Shown piece after piece: positions 29,673-40,360 of a stretch of DNA of 64,000 nt (its first letter is position 1; every line of letters begins with the position of its first letter). The notes below the pieces were generated by a model. It did not search any database. It had not been told where the DNA came from and saw only the letters and a list, made by a program, of their open reading frames with translations. Origin of the DNA: Trueperaceae bacterium (GTDB lineage Bacteria > Deinococcota > Deinococci > Deinococcales > Trueperaceae); the NCBI GenBank assembly GCA_965214405.1, contig OZ243956.1, positions 864,001 through 928,000 of the forward strand, written 5' to 3'. The translations under genes and the position numbers were made by a program.

Positions 29673-29829
29673 CTTTTAGAGAGCCTGATTATTGGATATC
29701 TGTCCGACAAAATCTTTGTAAGGGTACTTTTGTAACAGTGTAGAGTGTGACTCAACCTCGTAGCTACTCACCACAAACATTCCCTTTCATGAACGGTGTC
29801 CGGCGCGGAGTGTGGAGCCCGCTCGAGCC

Positions 29830-31476
<1,647 letters not shown>

Positions 31477-31572
31477 GCCCTCATTATAGGGCCAAAAGAG
31501 GGAAACGCTGCGTTGTACGCCCGTGACACAACCTTCCTAGAGAAATCGTAAGCTCAACGCGGGACGTAATGC

Positions 31573-32589
31573 TCACTTAGCAACGGGAACGCTTGTAGTT
31601 TGAACGTCCTCGGACGCACCCAATACATACGTCAGATACTGGTCGATATGCACCGCCGCGATGTTGCCCGTGCCCATCGCCACCGGCACCTGCTGCGTCA
31701 TGGGGCGCACGTCGCCCGCGACCCAGACGCCCTCAACTTCGGTGTTGCCGCGCTGCGTTATGGGCGTGACGTGGCCGGTGGCGGTCGTCTCGAGCCCCAA
31801 CCCCTTCGCCAACTCGCTACGCGGCACTTTAGGACTCGAGACGAAATAGGCGTCATACTCAAGTCTCCGCCCGTCGTCTAAAACCACCGCCGAAACGCAG
31901 CCCTTTTTACCCTCAATTTTGTCGATGGTGCCCTCGAGCCAAGGGACGCCGCGCGCCTCGAGCCATTCCTTGTGTTCAGGTTTCAGCGCCCGCTTGTCAG
32001 GGTTATCGCTCGTAAAAAGCAGGGTAAGGTCGCTCGTAAAATTGTAAACATGCTTGGCGGTGCTCACGCCGCCCACCGAAGAGCCCGTGGAGATGACGAG
32101 CGCGCGTTTGCCCGCCATTTCGGGCGCTTCGCAGTCGGGGCAGTAGTACATGTTGCACTTCGCAGCGTAGGGTAGCGACGCCCGCCACTCGCCGTTTATC
32201 ACGGGATGATAACGAGCTACGCCCGTCGCCAAAAGGAGCGTTTTGCCGTGGTAAACACCGCCCTTGTCGGTCTCGAGCCGGAAGTCGCCAACCTTGCCGG
32301 ATGCCCCTGTAACGCTCGAGCGCTCCACCTCCGCGCCCAAATCCTTGGCCTGCTTTAAGAGCCGCTTCTGCAACTCGACGCCGGTGATGCTTGGCAGTCC
32401 GGGGACGTTCTCGAGCTTGTTTAGCGTGTAGGGCAGCGGCCCCGTCCGCCGGTCGAAGACGCGCACGCGGCGCTTGTGCCAGGCTAAGTGAATCGCCGCC
32501 GAGAGCCCCGCCACGCCGCCGCCGACGATGAGGCAGTCGTAAAGGGTGTTTTCTGCTGCGTTGACAGTTTCTTCTTTCGGGAGAGTCAT
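31573..32589 (-). CDS. Thioredoxin-reductase-like FAD oxidoreductase
   Basis: GGGVAG, LLATG, redox CPDC, GVWVAGD. Confidence 0.85.
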   Translation of the reverse strand: MTLPKEETVNAAENTLYDCLIVGGGVAGLSAAIHLAWHKRRVRVFDRRTGPLPYTLNKLENVPGLPSITGVELQKRLLKQAKDLGAEVERSSVTGASGKVGDFRLETDKGGVYHGKTLLLATGVARYHPVINGEWRASLPYAAKCNMYYCPDCEAPEMAGKRALVISTGSSVGGVSTAKHVYNFTSDLTLLFTSDNPDKRALKPEHKEWLEARGVPWLEGTIDKIEGKKGCVSAVVLDDGRRLEYDAYFVSSPKVPRSELAKGLGLETTATGHVTPITQRGNTEVEGVWVAGDVRPMTQQVPVAMGTGNIAAVHIDQYLTYVLGASEDVQTTSVPVAK

Positions 32590-32882
32590 CCTCACATTAT
32601 CCGGTTCGTTGGCCTCTCAACCTGTGGGTCGGGTGACATCTCGCCACCTCACCTTACGCACAGGCTAGACAAAGTTGTAAAAGATTCGTTGAGAAGATAG
32701 AGACCAGAGAACGCTCTTTTTATTCTTCCGCCTTCTCTATCCTCTAAGCTCATTCTCGAATCCAGCCGAGAAACAAACCTGCGTAGGGTAACTATTGCCT
32801 CACCCCGCTCTCAATCTCGGCGTCAGACCTAAGCCCACCTTAGAACCTGGTGTGTGATATACTTAACCTCATAGGGAGTCCA

Positions 32883-33167
32883 ATGAGACTTACACACCAT
32901 CAGCGGAAGGCCTTCAAGGATTCCGCTCAAACGCTTTTGCAAAAGATAGAGACGCGGCTACCCGAGGTGCGCTTCGAGGGCCAGAATAAAGGCGTGTCGC
33001 AGGGGCTTGCCAAGCGCTTAGAGGCGTACCGGCAGCAGCTAGACCACGCGGTGCGCGACAAAGAGCTCGTGACCATCAACACGGAATTGGTTGATATCCT
33101 CTACCGCACGAACAACATGTGCAAACGGCGGGCGGACGCGCAGAGCGGGCACCGAACGGGCCGGTAG
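32883..33167 (+). CDS. Hypothetical helical protein
   Basis: TATACT and GGGAG SD precede ATG 32883; fills the gap between flanking genes. Confidence 0.55.
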   Translation: MRLTHHQRKAFKDSAQTLLQKIETRLPEVRFEGQNKGVSQGLAKRLEAYRQQLDHAVRDKELVTINTELVDILYRTNNMCKRRADAQSGHRTGR

Positions 33168-33181
33168 CTTTATGGGCGGCT

Positions 33182-34171
33182 CTAGCCGCGAAGCGTAGTG
33201 AAGAGCCTCGCCTCGAGCACGCCCACCCCGTACAGTTTAGCTTGCACCTCCAACAGCCCTCGCCGCTGCGCCCCCGGTGTTTCGGCAAAGGCAATATGTT
33301 TCAGGACGTCCGCCACCTCTCGCCAGAGGTCGCCCGCCTCAGCAAAGCCTTTTAATAAGGCGGTGTCAAAGCCAACATAGGGCTGCACCTCCTCCAAAAA
33401 ATCCCGGTAGAGGTAGCGGAAGCCGCCCCCGCCGGTTCCCCTTTTCTCGATCGCCTGGTAGCCGAAGCGCGCCGCCCAGGAGAGGTCGGGCAGCTCGAGC
33501 CAGCTTGGTAAGTCGTCTGCTAGTGCAAAAATGCCGGGGACGCCTTCAAGGGGTGTAGGCGGTTCTAACATGTACATCACCGTTTTCGCTACCGCTCGAG
33601 GGGCCATTCCCTCAACATCGAGATGCAAAAGTTTGGGGGCGGGCGCGTAGGAAAAAGGCGTCAGCAGCGGGTAGTGAGCAGGGGCCACGGCGTCGTGAAA
33701 GTTTTGGAGCGTCATCTTAGAAAACCCCGGCGCGGCGATGTCGGCGACCCACACCTCGTCCCCAGTGAGCCCCACCACCGCCACGCCGTGCCCGATAAAG
33801 TGCGCGTCGTCGTAGTAGGGGATGGGAAAGATGTCGGTTTGGGCCAGGACGGGGCGGTTTTCAGAAAGCGCCATTCGGATGCGTTCAGGTTGCCATTCAC
33901 CCGCCCACTCGAGCGCCGCCCCCACAAGCGCATAAAAGTTTCCCTCTAAATCGGGCGCGCGCCCGTTAAAACGCCGCGTCGGCGAGCCCTGAGGCTCTAC
34001 AGCGTAAAAAAAGCCCAACCCGCTGCCGAGGCCAAAGGCGAGCGCTTCGGAGATTTCAATTCCGTCATAGTGAAGCACGCTCCTTAGGGCCGAAGAAGAG
34101 CAGTGGTGGCCGACGAGGTTTTGGAAACCGTCAAGTTGTAACACCGTCTCTTCCACCCTCTCCCCTTTCAC
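33182..34171 (-). CDS. BtrH N-terminal / DUF4872 papain-like protein
   Basis: HCSSSALR, SEALAFGLGSGLGF, HFIGHGVAVVG, GTGGGGFRYLYRDFL. Confidence 0.8.
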   Translation of the reverse strand: MKGERVEETVLQLDGFQNLVGHHCSSSALRSVLHYDGIEISEALAFGLGSGLGFFYAVEPQGSPTRRFNGRAPDLEGNFYALVGAALEWAGEWQPERIRMALSENRPVLAQTDIFPIPYYDDAHFIGHGVAVVGLTGDEVWVADIAAPGFSKMTLQNFHDAVAPAHYPLLTPFSYAPAPKLLHLDVEGMAPRAVAKTVMYMLEPPTPLEGVPGIFALADDLPSWLELPDLSWAARFGYQAIEKRGTGGGGFRYLYRDFLEEVQPYVGFDTALLKGFAEAGDLWREVADVLKHIAFAETPGAQRRGLLEVQAKLYGVGVLEARLFTTLRG

Positions 34172-34191
34172 ATTTTAGATTTACGCCTTGT

Positions 34192-34548
34192 TTAACCAGC
34201 GTATAGGCCCAAACACGCGAGGTTCCAAAGGTCCGTTACCTTACCCTCTTTGACGTGTATAAACTCCGCCATGTGACCCAAAACGGCCCCGTCCGCATCA
34301 CGAAACGTGACGCGCGCCGCTACCCGCTCACCCTCGATCACAACTTCTTCAACGTCAACGCGGAGGCCAGAATACATCTGCCACATCTCCCTCCACGCGC
34401 TTTTGACCGCTTCCGCGCCCGCACCTCCTGCCCCCGTCGTGTGGTCGGTAAAGTCGGGAGCCAGTAGCGCCTCGAGCGCCTCCACATCTCTTTCATTAAA
34501 CGCGTCGTAAATGCGCCTGACCGCTTCTTTGTTGTGATTCTCAGTCAC
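34192..34548 (-). CDS. SnoaL/NTF2-like protein
   Basis: NKEAVRR...LLAPDF.DH...IEGERVAAR pattern. Confidence 0.8.
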   Translation of the reverse strand: MTENHNKEAVRRIYDAFNERDVEALEALLAPDFTDHTTGAGGAGAEAVKSAWREMWQMYSGLRVDVEEVVIEGERVAARVTFRDADGAVLGHMAEFIHVKEGKVTDLWNLACLGLYAG

Positions 34549-34550
34549 CC

Positions 34551-35387
34551 TTACTCGTACTCGTAAAACCCGCGCCCGCTCTTGCGCCCGAGCCGCCCCG
34601 CCTCGACGAGCTTACGCAGGGTTTGGGTGGGCCTGAAGCGTTCGCCCAGGGCTTCGGTCATCGATTCGGAAATGAAAAGCATGGTGTCTAGGCCCACGTA
34701 GTCGGCGAGCTCCAAAGGCCCCATCGGGTGGTTCAGACCCAGCTTGACCGCGGTGTCGATGTCCTCGGGCGAGGCGACGCCCTCCTCCAACATCCGCATC
34801 GCCTCGGTGAGAAGCGCCGCCAGGGCGCGCGTGGTGACGAAACCCTGCCGGTCTTGGACGACGACCGTCTTTTTTCCGCACGCCTCCGACACCTGCTGCG
34901 TCAGCGCCAGCGTCTCATCCGACGTTTGCGTGGCCCGCACGATTTCGATCAAGCTCATGCGCTCGGGCGGGTTGAACCAGTGCATCCCGATGACGCGGTC
35001 GGGGCGCGCCGTCGCGGCGGCGATGGCCGTAACCGAGAGTTCGCTCGTGTTGGTCGCCAGCACCGCGTGGGGCGGCGCAGCGGCGTCGAGCTGAGAGAAG
35101 ATGTCGCGCTTGAGCTCGAGCCTCTCCGGCACCGCCTCAACCACAAAGTCCGCGTCCTGCGCGGCCTGTTGAAGCTCACTTGTTAGCTCGAGCTTGCCTA
35201 GGACGGACGCGTCGTTGCGCTTCTCGATACGAGAGCGCGCGCGGTTTAGCGCCTCCTCAAGAGGGTCGTAAAGCTTGACAGCAAACCCGCTCATGAGCAG
35301 GAGCGTGGCGATTCCGCCGCCCATCGTGCCCGCGCCCACGACGGTCACGGCTTTTACGGGTGTGTCTGCTGTGGATGTGTCTGTCAT
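34551..35387 (-). CDS. 3-hydroxyacyl(butyryl)-CoA dehydrogenase
   Basis: GAGTMGGG, EAVPE, ATNTS, GMHWFNP, PMGPLELADYVGLD, GRKSGRGFY; SD before ATG 35387. Confidence 0.93.
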   Translation of the reverse strand: MTDTSTADTPVKAVTVVGAGTMGGGIATLLLMSGFAVKLYDPLEEALNRARSRIEKRNDASVLGKLELTSELQQAAQDADFVVEAVPERLELKRDIFSQLDAAAPPHAVLATNTSELSVTAIAAATARPDRVIGMHWFNPPERMSLIEIVRATQTSDETLALTQQVSEACGKKTVVVQDRQGFVTTRALAALLTEAMRMLEEGVASPEDIDTAVKLGLNHPMGPLELADYVGLDTMLFISESMTEALGERFRPTQTLRKLVEAGRLGRKSGRGFYEYE

Positions 35388-35506
35388 GCGTCTCCCTTGA
35401 AATACTCTGTTTTGGCGACTCAGAACCACCTTGACGGCTCGATTGTAACGCCACCAGCCTCCCGAACAGCTTTTGTCCCTTGAAGCTTGTGAACCATCGG
35501 CGAATT

Positions 35507-36295
35507 CTAAATCAAGTAAAGGTCAAAGCGCGTGGTTTTGCCCGGAATGGCCGCGCTGGGCTTCATCCCCCCAAGCGGCGGCGCATTTTTAGGACGCTTG
35601 ACGACGACGCGGTTTCTGGCGCAACTGAGCGCAGCAGAGAGCAGCCGCGGCGCGTCTTCGTCCTCGCCCACGAGAAGGCGAAAGAGGCGCATTTCTTTGT
35701 TTTTCAAAGCCGTTTTGCTTGAATGCGGATACATGGGGTCCAAATAAACAGTGTCGGGGCGCGCGTCTTCAGCAAGACCCGCCATCACCTCGGCGGCGTC
35801 GGCCACGGTGAGGTGAAGCCGCGTTGCGGCGGGGGCCGTTTCGGGACTCTCGGCAGCTCGAGCGAGCCCGTCAGAAAGCAGCGCCCCCACCACCCTTGAG
35901 CGCTCTATAAGCCTTACCGACAGACCCAGCGAGGCCAACACAAAGGCGTCCCCGCCCAGGCCAGCAGTGGCGTCCAGAACGGTCGGCAGCCGACCGCCCT
36001 TGAGTCCAACCGCTCGAGCCAGCGCCTGACCCTTGCCCCCGCTTTGGCGACGGTGCGCGGCGCTCCCTCCCAGAAAGTCGACATATATGGGACCCGCGGC
36101 GCGCACGCCCGTCTCGCGGAGCTCGAGCCGCTCCGGCGTCACGCATAAAAGCAGCGCCGCCTCCGGTTCGGGCGTAAAGGGCAATTCGAGCCGCTCGGCG
36201 AGCGCCCGCGCGCGGGGCTCTAGCTCCGGCAAGGAAGCGCACACCGCCACGCCCTCGTCCGTACGCCCGGTGGTTTCGGCTTCCTCTTTGGTCAC
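35507..36295 (-). CDS. rsmJ: 16S rRNA m2G1516 methyltransferase-like protein
   Basis: DATAGLGGDAF, VYLDPMYP, RVVVKRP, TRFDLY. Confidence 0.85.
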   Translation of the reverse strand: MTKEEAETTGRTDEGVAVCASLPELEPRARALAERLELPFTPEPEAALLLCVTPERLELRETGVRAAGPIYVDFLGGSAAHRRQSGGKGQALARAVGLKGGRLPTVLDATAGLGGDAFVLASLGLSVRLIERSRVVGALLSDGLARAAESPETAPAATRLHLTVADAAEVMAGLAEDARPDTVYLDPMYPHSSKTALKNKEMRLFRLLVGEDEDAPRLLSAALSCARNRVVVKRPKNAPPLGGMKPSAAIPGKTTRFDLYLI

Positions 36296-36540
36296 GATTC
36301 ATGCTAACGCGCAGGAGGCTCGAGCGGCTCGTTAGGAGGCGAGGCTCGAGATTTTGAACATAAACCTTTCTGCGAACCCGGCAATCAATTTCATAGACCA
36401 CGCCTAAAAGAGAAAAAAGATGTTACTATACGAAAGTACTATGGGTTAGTTACTTGTGTAATTCAACCCATTAAACAATTAAGCTTTAGATTAGTAAGTT
36501 TTTTAGCGTAAAAGCTTTAGTAAAGAAGGGAAGGATTTTG

Positions 36541-37860
36541 ATGAGCAACGAGAGCTTGAAAGAGCGGCGCGCGGCGGCGGTTGCCAACCCCGCCTACTCC
36601 ATCCACCCCTTTTATCCCGAGCGGGCCGAGGGCGCGTACGTCTGGGACGCCGACGGCAACAAGTACCTCGACTGGAGCGTCGGCATCGCGGTGATGAATG
36701 TGGGGCACTCGCATCCAAAGGTTTTGGAAGCGGTTAGAAAACAGGCCGAGGCGTTTCAGCACCTCTGTTTCGCGGTCGGGATGCACGAGAGCTACATCGC
36801 GCTGGCCGAAAAACTCAACAGCATCGCGCCGGGTAGCACGCCCAAAAAGACTTTTCTGGTCAACTCGGGGGCTGAAGCCGTAGAGAACGCCGTTAAGATT
36901 GCTCGAGCCTACACTCGCCGCCAGGGCATCGTCACCTTTACCCACGCGTTTCACGGGCGCACCCACATAGCGCTCTCGCTCACCGGTAAAGCGAACCCCT
37001 ACAAGGCGGGCTTCGCGCCGCGCGCCGCCGAAATCTACCGGGCGCAGTACCCCTACTGCTACCGCTGCCCCTACAGCGGGCGGGGCGAAGACGGCTCGTG
37101 CTGCCAAAGCGAGCTTACGCAACTCCGCGACCTGGTCAAAACCACGATTGGCGAGGGCGAGGTGGCCGCGTTTATCTTAGAGCCCATAGCGGGCGAAGGC
37201 GGCTTTATTCCTGCGCCGCCTGAATTCTTGCGCGCGCTGCGCGCCTACTGCGACGAAATCGGCGCGCTGTGGATTGACGACGAGGTGCAGGCGGGCATCG
37301 GGCGCACGGGCGCGTGGTGGGTGGTGGACCATTACGGCTTGGAGCCCGACCTCGTCACGAGCGCCAAGGCGCTCTCGTCGGGCTTCCCGCTCTCGGCGGT
37401 GGTCGGCAAGGCGCACATCATGGACAGCTTAGAGCCCGGTCAGCTCGGCTCGACCTTTGGCGGCAATCCGGTCGCGTGCGCGGCGGCCTTGGCAACCTTA
37501 GAGGTTATCGAGGAAGAGGGACTGTTAGAACGCGCGGGTGAAATCGGGGCGGTAGCGATGGAACGTTTGGGGCGGCTCCAGGAAAAGTACGACCAAATCG
37601 GCGACGTGCGCGGCTTAGGCGCGATGGTCGGGATCGAATTCGTCTCGAGCGCGGACAAAACGCCCAACAAGGCGGCGGTCGAGGCCGTCGTTCAGTACGC
37701 CCGCGACCACGGGCTCATCTTGCTGCCGACGGGCACCTACAGCAACGTCATCCGCCTCCTCCCGCCCCTGCGTATGAGCGACGCGGAGCTTCAGGAGGGG
37801 TTAAATATTCTTGAAGAGGCGATTGAGAACGTGCTCGAGCCGGTGACGGCGGTGGCGTAG
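36541..37860 (+). CDS. gabT: Class III aminotransferase, 4-aminobutyrate transaminase-like
   Basis: NSGAEAVENAVKIAR, FHGRT, EPIAGEGG, DEVQAGIGRTG, SAK, STFGGNP. Confidence 0.85.
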   Translation: MSNESLKERRAAAVANPAYSIHPFYPERAEGAYVWDADGNKYLDWSVGIAVMNVGHSHPKVLEAVRKQAEAFQHLCFAVGMHESYIALAEKLNSIAPGSTPKKTFLVNSGAEAVENAVKIARAYTRRQGIVTFTHAFHGRTHIALSLTGKANPYKAGFAPRAAEIYRAQYPYCYRCPYSGRGEDGSCCQSELTQLRDLVKTTIGEGEVAAFILEPIAGEGGFIPAPPEFLRALRAYCDEIGALWIDDEVQAGIGRTGAWWVVDHYGLEPDLVTSAKALSSGFPLSAVVGKAHIMDSLEPGQLGSTFGGNPVACAAALATLEVIEEEGLLERAGEIGAVAMERLGRLQEKYDQIGDVRGLGAMVGIEFVSSADKTPNKAAVEAVVQYARDHGLILLPTGTYSNVIRLLPPLRMSDAELQEGLNILEEAIENVLEPVTAVA

Positions 37861-37885
37861 CAGAAGTTTTGCTCAACGTTTACCG

Positions 37886-37911
37886 AGGCGGTTCTTGCGA
37901 CCGCCTTTTTT
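37886..37911 (+). terminator. Intrinsic terminator after gabT
   Basis: AGGCGGT-N7-ACCGCCT then T-run. Confidence 0.75.
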
Positions 37912-38004
37912 AATTCGCGTCCAATTCGGCATGGCTATCAAAGTTCCTCGAGCAAAAGCGGCAAAACGTCTCGTGAGTCAAGCGTTCAGAGATAGACTTA
38001 AAGC

Positions 38005-38850
38005 GTGGGCGAACCGAAACGTGACACTTCAAAAACCAAAATCTGGCGTGTTCCGTATCTCAACGACGTGGAGCTGTTACGCGCGGAGCACCTCGCGCAG
38101 TCTTTTCCCAGGCACACGCACGAATGCTACGCGGTCGGCGTGATCGAGCGGGGGGCGTTGGGCTTCTTTTATCGCGGCGAGAACGTCGTCGCCGCGCCCG
38201 GTGACATCAGCTTGTACATCCCCGGTGAGGCGCATACCGGCAGGCCCGCCGGGGACGAGGGTTGGGCTTACCGGATGTTTTATCTTGACGCGCGCGTACT
38301 TCAGAAGGTCGCCTCCGAGGTTGGGGAAGGGCCGCGTGACATGCCATTTTTTGAGTCCGGCGTCATCACCGACGACGTTTTGGCCGGTCAATTTCGCGCT
38401 TTGCACGGTCAGTTGGAAAGTGGGCAGTTGGAAGGGGGTGCGCTGCGGCTCGAGGGAGAAACGCGCTTACTCAACGTTTTGGCAGGGCTCATCACCCGAC
38501 ACGCCGACGCGCCCCCACCAGGCCGTCGGGGAGGCCGAGAACCCCAGGCGGTTACGCAGGTTAAGCGCTACCTTGAAGGTCACTACGCCGAGAACGTCTC
38601 GCTCGAGCGCTTGACCCACCTCACCGGGCTCAGCCGCCACTACCTCGTCCGCGTCTTCGGTGAAGCCACGGGCGTCCCGCCGCACGCGTATCTCCGGCAA
38701 GTGCGTGTAGAGCGCGCCAAAGACCTGTTGGCAAGGGGGCACGCCGTCGCCGAGGTGGCCGTGATGACCGGCTTTACCGACCAGAGCCACCTCACGCGCT
38801 GGTTCAAACGGTTGTGGGGAGTGACACCTGGGCAGTACCGCAGTCACTAA
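38005..38850 (+). CDS. AraC-family transcriptional regulator with cupin sensor
   Basis: FPRHTHE, PGEAHTG, and HTH region GFTDQSHLTRWFKRLWGVTPGQY. Confidence 0.93.
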   Translation: MGEPKRDTSKTKIWRVPYLNDVELLRAEHLAQSFPRHTHECYAVGVIERGALGFFYRGENVVAAPGDISLYIPGEAHTGRPAGDEGWAYRMFYLDARVLQKVASEVGEGPRDMPFFESGVITDDVLAGQFRALHGQLESGQLEGGALRLEGETRLLNVLAGLITRHADAPPPGRRGGREPQAVTQVKRYLEGHYAENVSLERLTHLTGLSRHYLVRVFGEATGVPPHAYLRQVRVERAKDLLARGHAVAEVAVMTGFTDQSHLTRWFKRLWGVTPGQYRSH

Positions 38851-38989
38851 GGGTTCAGTACAGCCAGTCGATATGGCCGTCGGTACGGCAACAGCGTACA
38901 AGACAGTGAACCTTGAACGTAATAAGCTCCAGATACGCGCACCTGGCTGTGGTTGTAACACTAGCCAAGAGGCGAGAAGGAGTTTTAGG

Positions 38990-39694
38990 ATGGTTCAAAT
39001 CTCAAATCCTCACATCAAGGTGACCGACCGCTGGCGCGAGACCTTTCCTGGAGGACACGTCGGCGTCTTGCTCGTGGGAAACGTTGAGAATACCGGAGAC
39101 GCAACCCTGTTAGACAAGCGCAAAAGGGAGATTGAGTCGCGGCTTCGGGAAAGGTTCGCGGGATTTTTCCGAAGTGACTTCCTTGAGTTAGAAGTCTTGA
39201 AAGCCTACCGGGACTACTACAAATCCTTCGACCAGACGTACCACGTCCAGGGTCAGTTGGAATCGGTGGTGCGTAAAGGTAAATCTCTGCCCAACGTGAG
39301 CCCTTTGGTTGATGCGAATTTCGCGGCTGAACTGGAAACCCTCGTTCTAACCGCCGGGCATGACGCGGATGTGCTCGAAACCCCGTTGACCATTGACGCT
39401 ACCCAAGTAGGCGAAACGTTCGTCCAGATGAACGGCTCAAAACGGCTTCTTAAGCCGAACGACATGATGATGTCGGACGCTCACGGCGTTGTCTGCACCA
39501 TCCTTTACGGGCAAGATGAACGCACGCCCATCTCTCCAGACACGCGCCGGGCGCTCTACGTGGCTTACGCGCCGTCGGGGGTCCCGGTGGCGGCGGTTCA
39601 GGGGCAGCTCGAGGCCATCCGTGACAACATCCTGCTCTTCGCGCCGGAAGCCGAAACCGAGATTAAAATCCACGCCGCGAGCGCCCATGCTTAA
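38990..39694 (+). CDS. Stand-alone B3/B4 domain protein (PheRS-beta editing-like)
   Basis: AYRDYYKSF, LPNVSPLVDA, TAGHDAD pattern of B3/4 proteins; AAGGAG SD before ATG 38990. Confidence 0.8.
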   Translation: MVQISNPHIKVTDRWRETFPGGHVGVLLVGNVENTGDATLLDKRKREIESRLRERFAGFFRSDFLELEVLKAYRDYYKSFDQTYHVQGQLESVVRKGKSLPNVSPLVDANFAAELETLVLTAGHDADVLETPLTIDATQVGETFVQMNGSKRLLKPNDMMMSDAHGVVCTILYGQDERTPISPDTRRALYVAYAPSGVPVAAVQGQLEAIRDNILLFAPEAETEIKIHAASAHA

Positions 39695-40301
39695 CCCCGA
39701 GTTTTTACTCACCTCGCTCATCGTCGTCTTGATACCCGGGACGGGCGTCATTTACACCCTCTCAACCGGACTTCTTCGCGGGTGGCGCTCGAGCCTCGCG
39801 GCAGCCCTTGGCTGCACGGCGGGCATCCTCCCGCACCTCTTGGCGAGCCTCCTCGGACTGTCCACCATTCTCCATATGAGCGCGGTGGTCTTTCGGGTAG
39901 TCAAATTTGCGGGCGTCGTCTACTTGCTTTACCTCGCTTGGGCGATGTGGCGCGACACCGGGGGCTTCTCTTTTGATTCGGCTTCGCCAGAGAAAAGCGC
40001 GTGGCAAACCGCGGGGCGGGCGGTCTTGCTCAACCTCTTAAACCCCAAACTGACCCTCTTCTTTTTTGCTTTTCTGCCGCTCTTTATCTCCCCGGACGCC
40101 TCGTCGCCCCTGGCGGAGATGCTCACGCTGAGCGCCGTGTTTATGCTCATCACCCTCGTTGTCTTCGTGCTGTACGGCGTCCTGGCGAGCGGGGTGCGTC
40201 GGTACGTCGTCAACTCACCCAACGCTGTCGCCTGGCTTAGGAGGTCTTTCGCGGTTGCGTTTGCGGCCCTCGGCATCAGGCTCGCCGTGACCGACCCCTA
40301 A
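39687..40301 (+). CDS. LysE/RhtB-family amino-acid exporter
   Basis: LIPGTG, KFAGVVYLLYLAW, NLLNPKLTLFF; start overlaps the B3/4 stop. Confidence 0.9.
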   Translation: MLNPEFLLTSLIVVLIPGTGVIYTLSTGLLRGWRSSLAAALGCTAGILPHLLASLLGLSTILHMSAVVFRVVKFAGVVYLLYLAWAMWRDTGGFSFDSASPEKSAWQTAGRAVLLNLLNPKLTLFFFAFLPLFISPDASSPLAEMLTLSAVFMLITLVVFVLYGVLASGVRRYVVNSPNAVAWLRRSFAVAFAALGIRLAVTDP

Positions 40302-40360
40302 CGCGTTTTTGGCTGAGCACGCTCGGGAACCTGGTTGATTTTACGCGGGAGCTTGAAGCG

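Larger units (their letters stand above)
27735..29690 (-). mobile_element. Integron gene-cassette array without integrase in window (CALIN-like): rpiB, GNAT and TA cassettes
   Basis: Three attC-like hairpins, each directly after co-oriented short AT-rich ORFs; cassette end heptamers are complementary. Confidence 0.85.

Noticed and set aside
32690..32760. GATAGAG/CTCTATC imperfect inverted heptamer repeats
   Set aside because: Short and degenerate; probably an ordinary intergenic hairpin.
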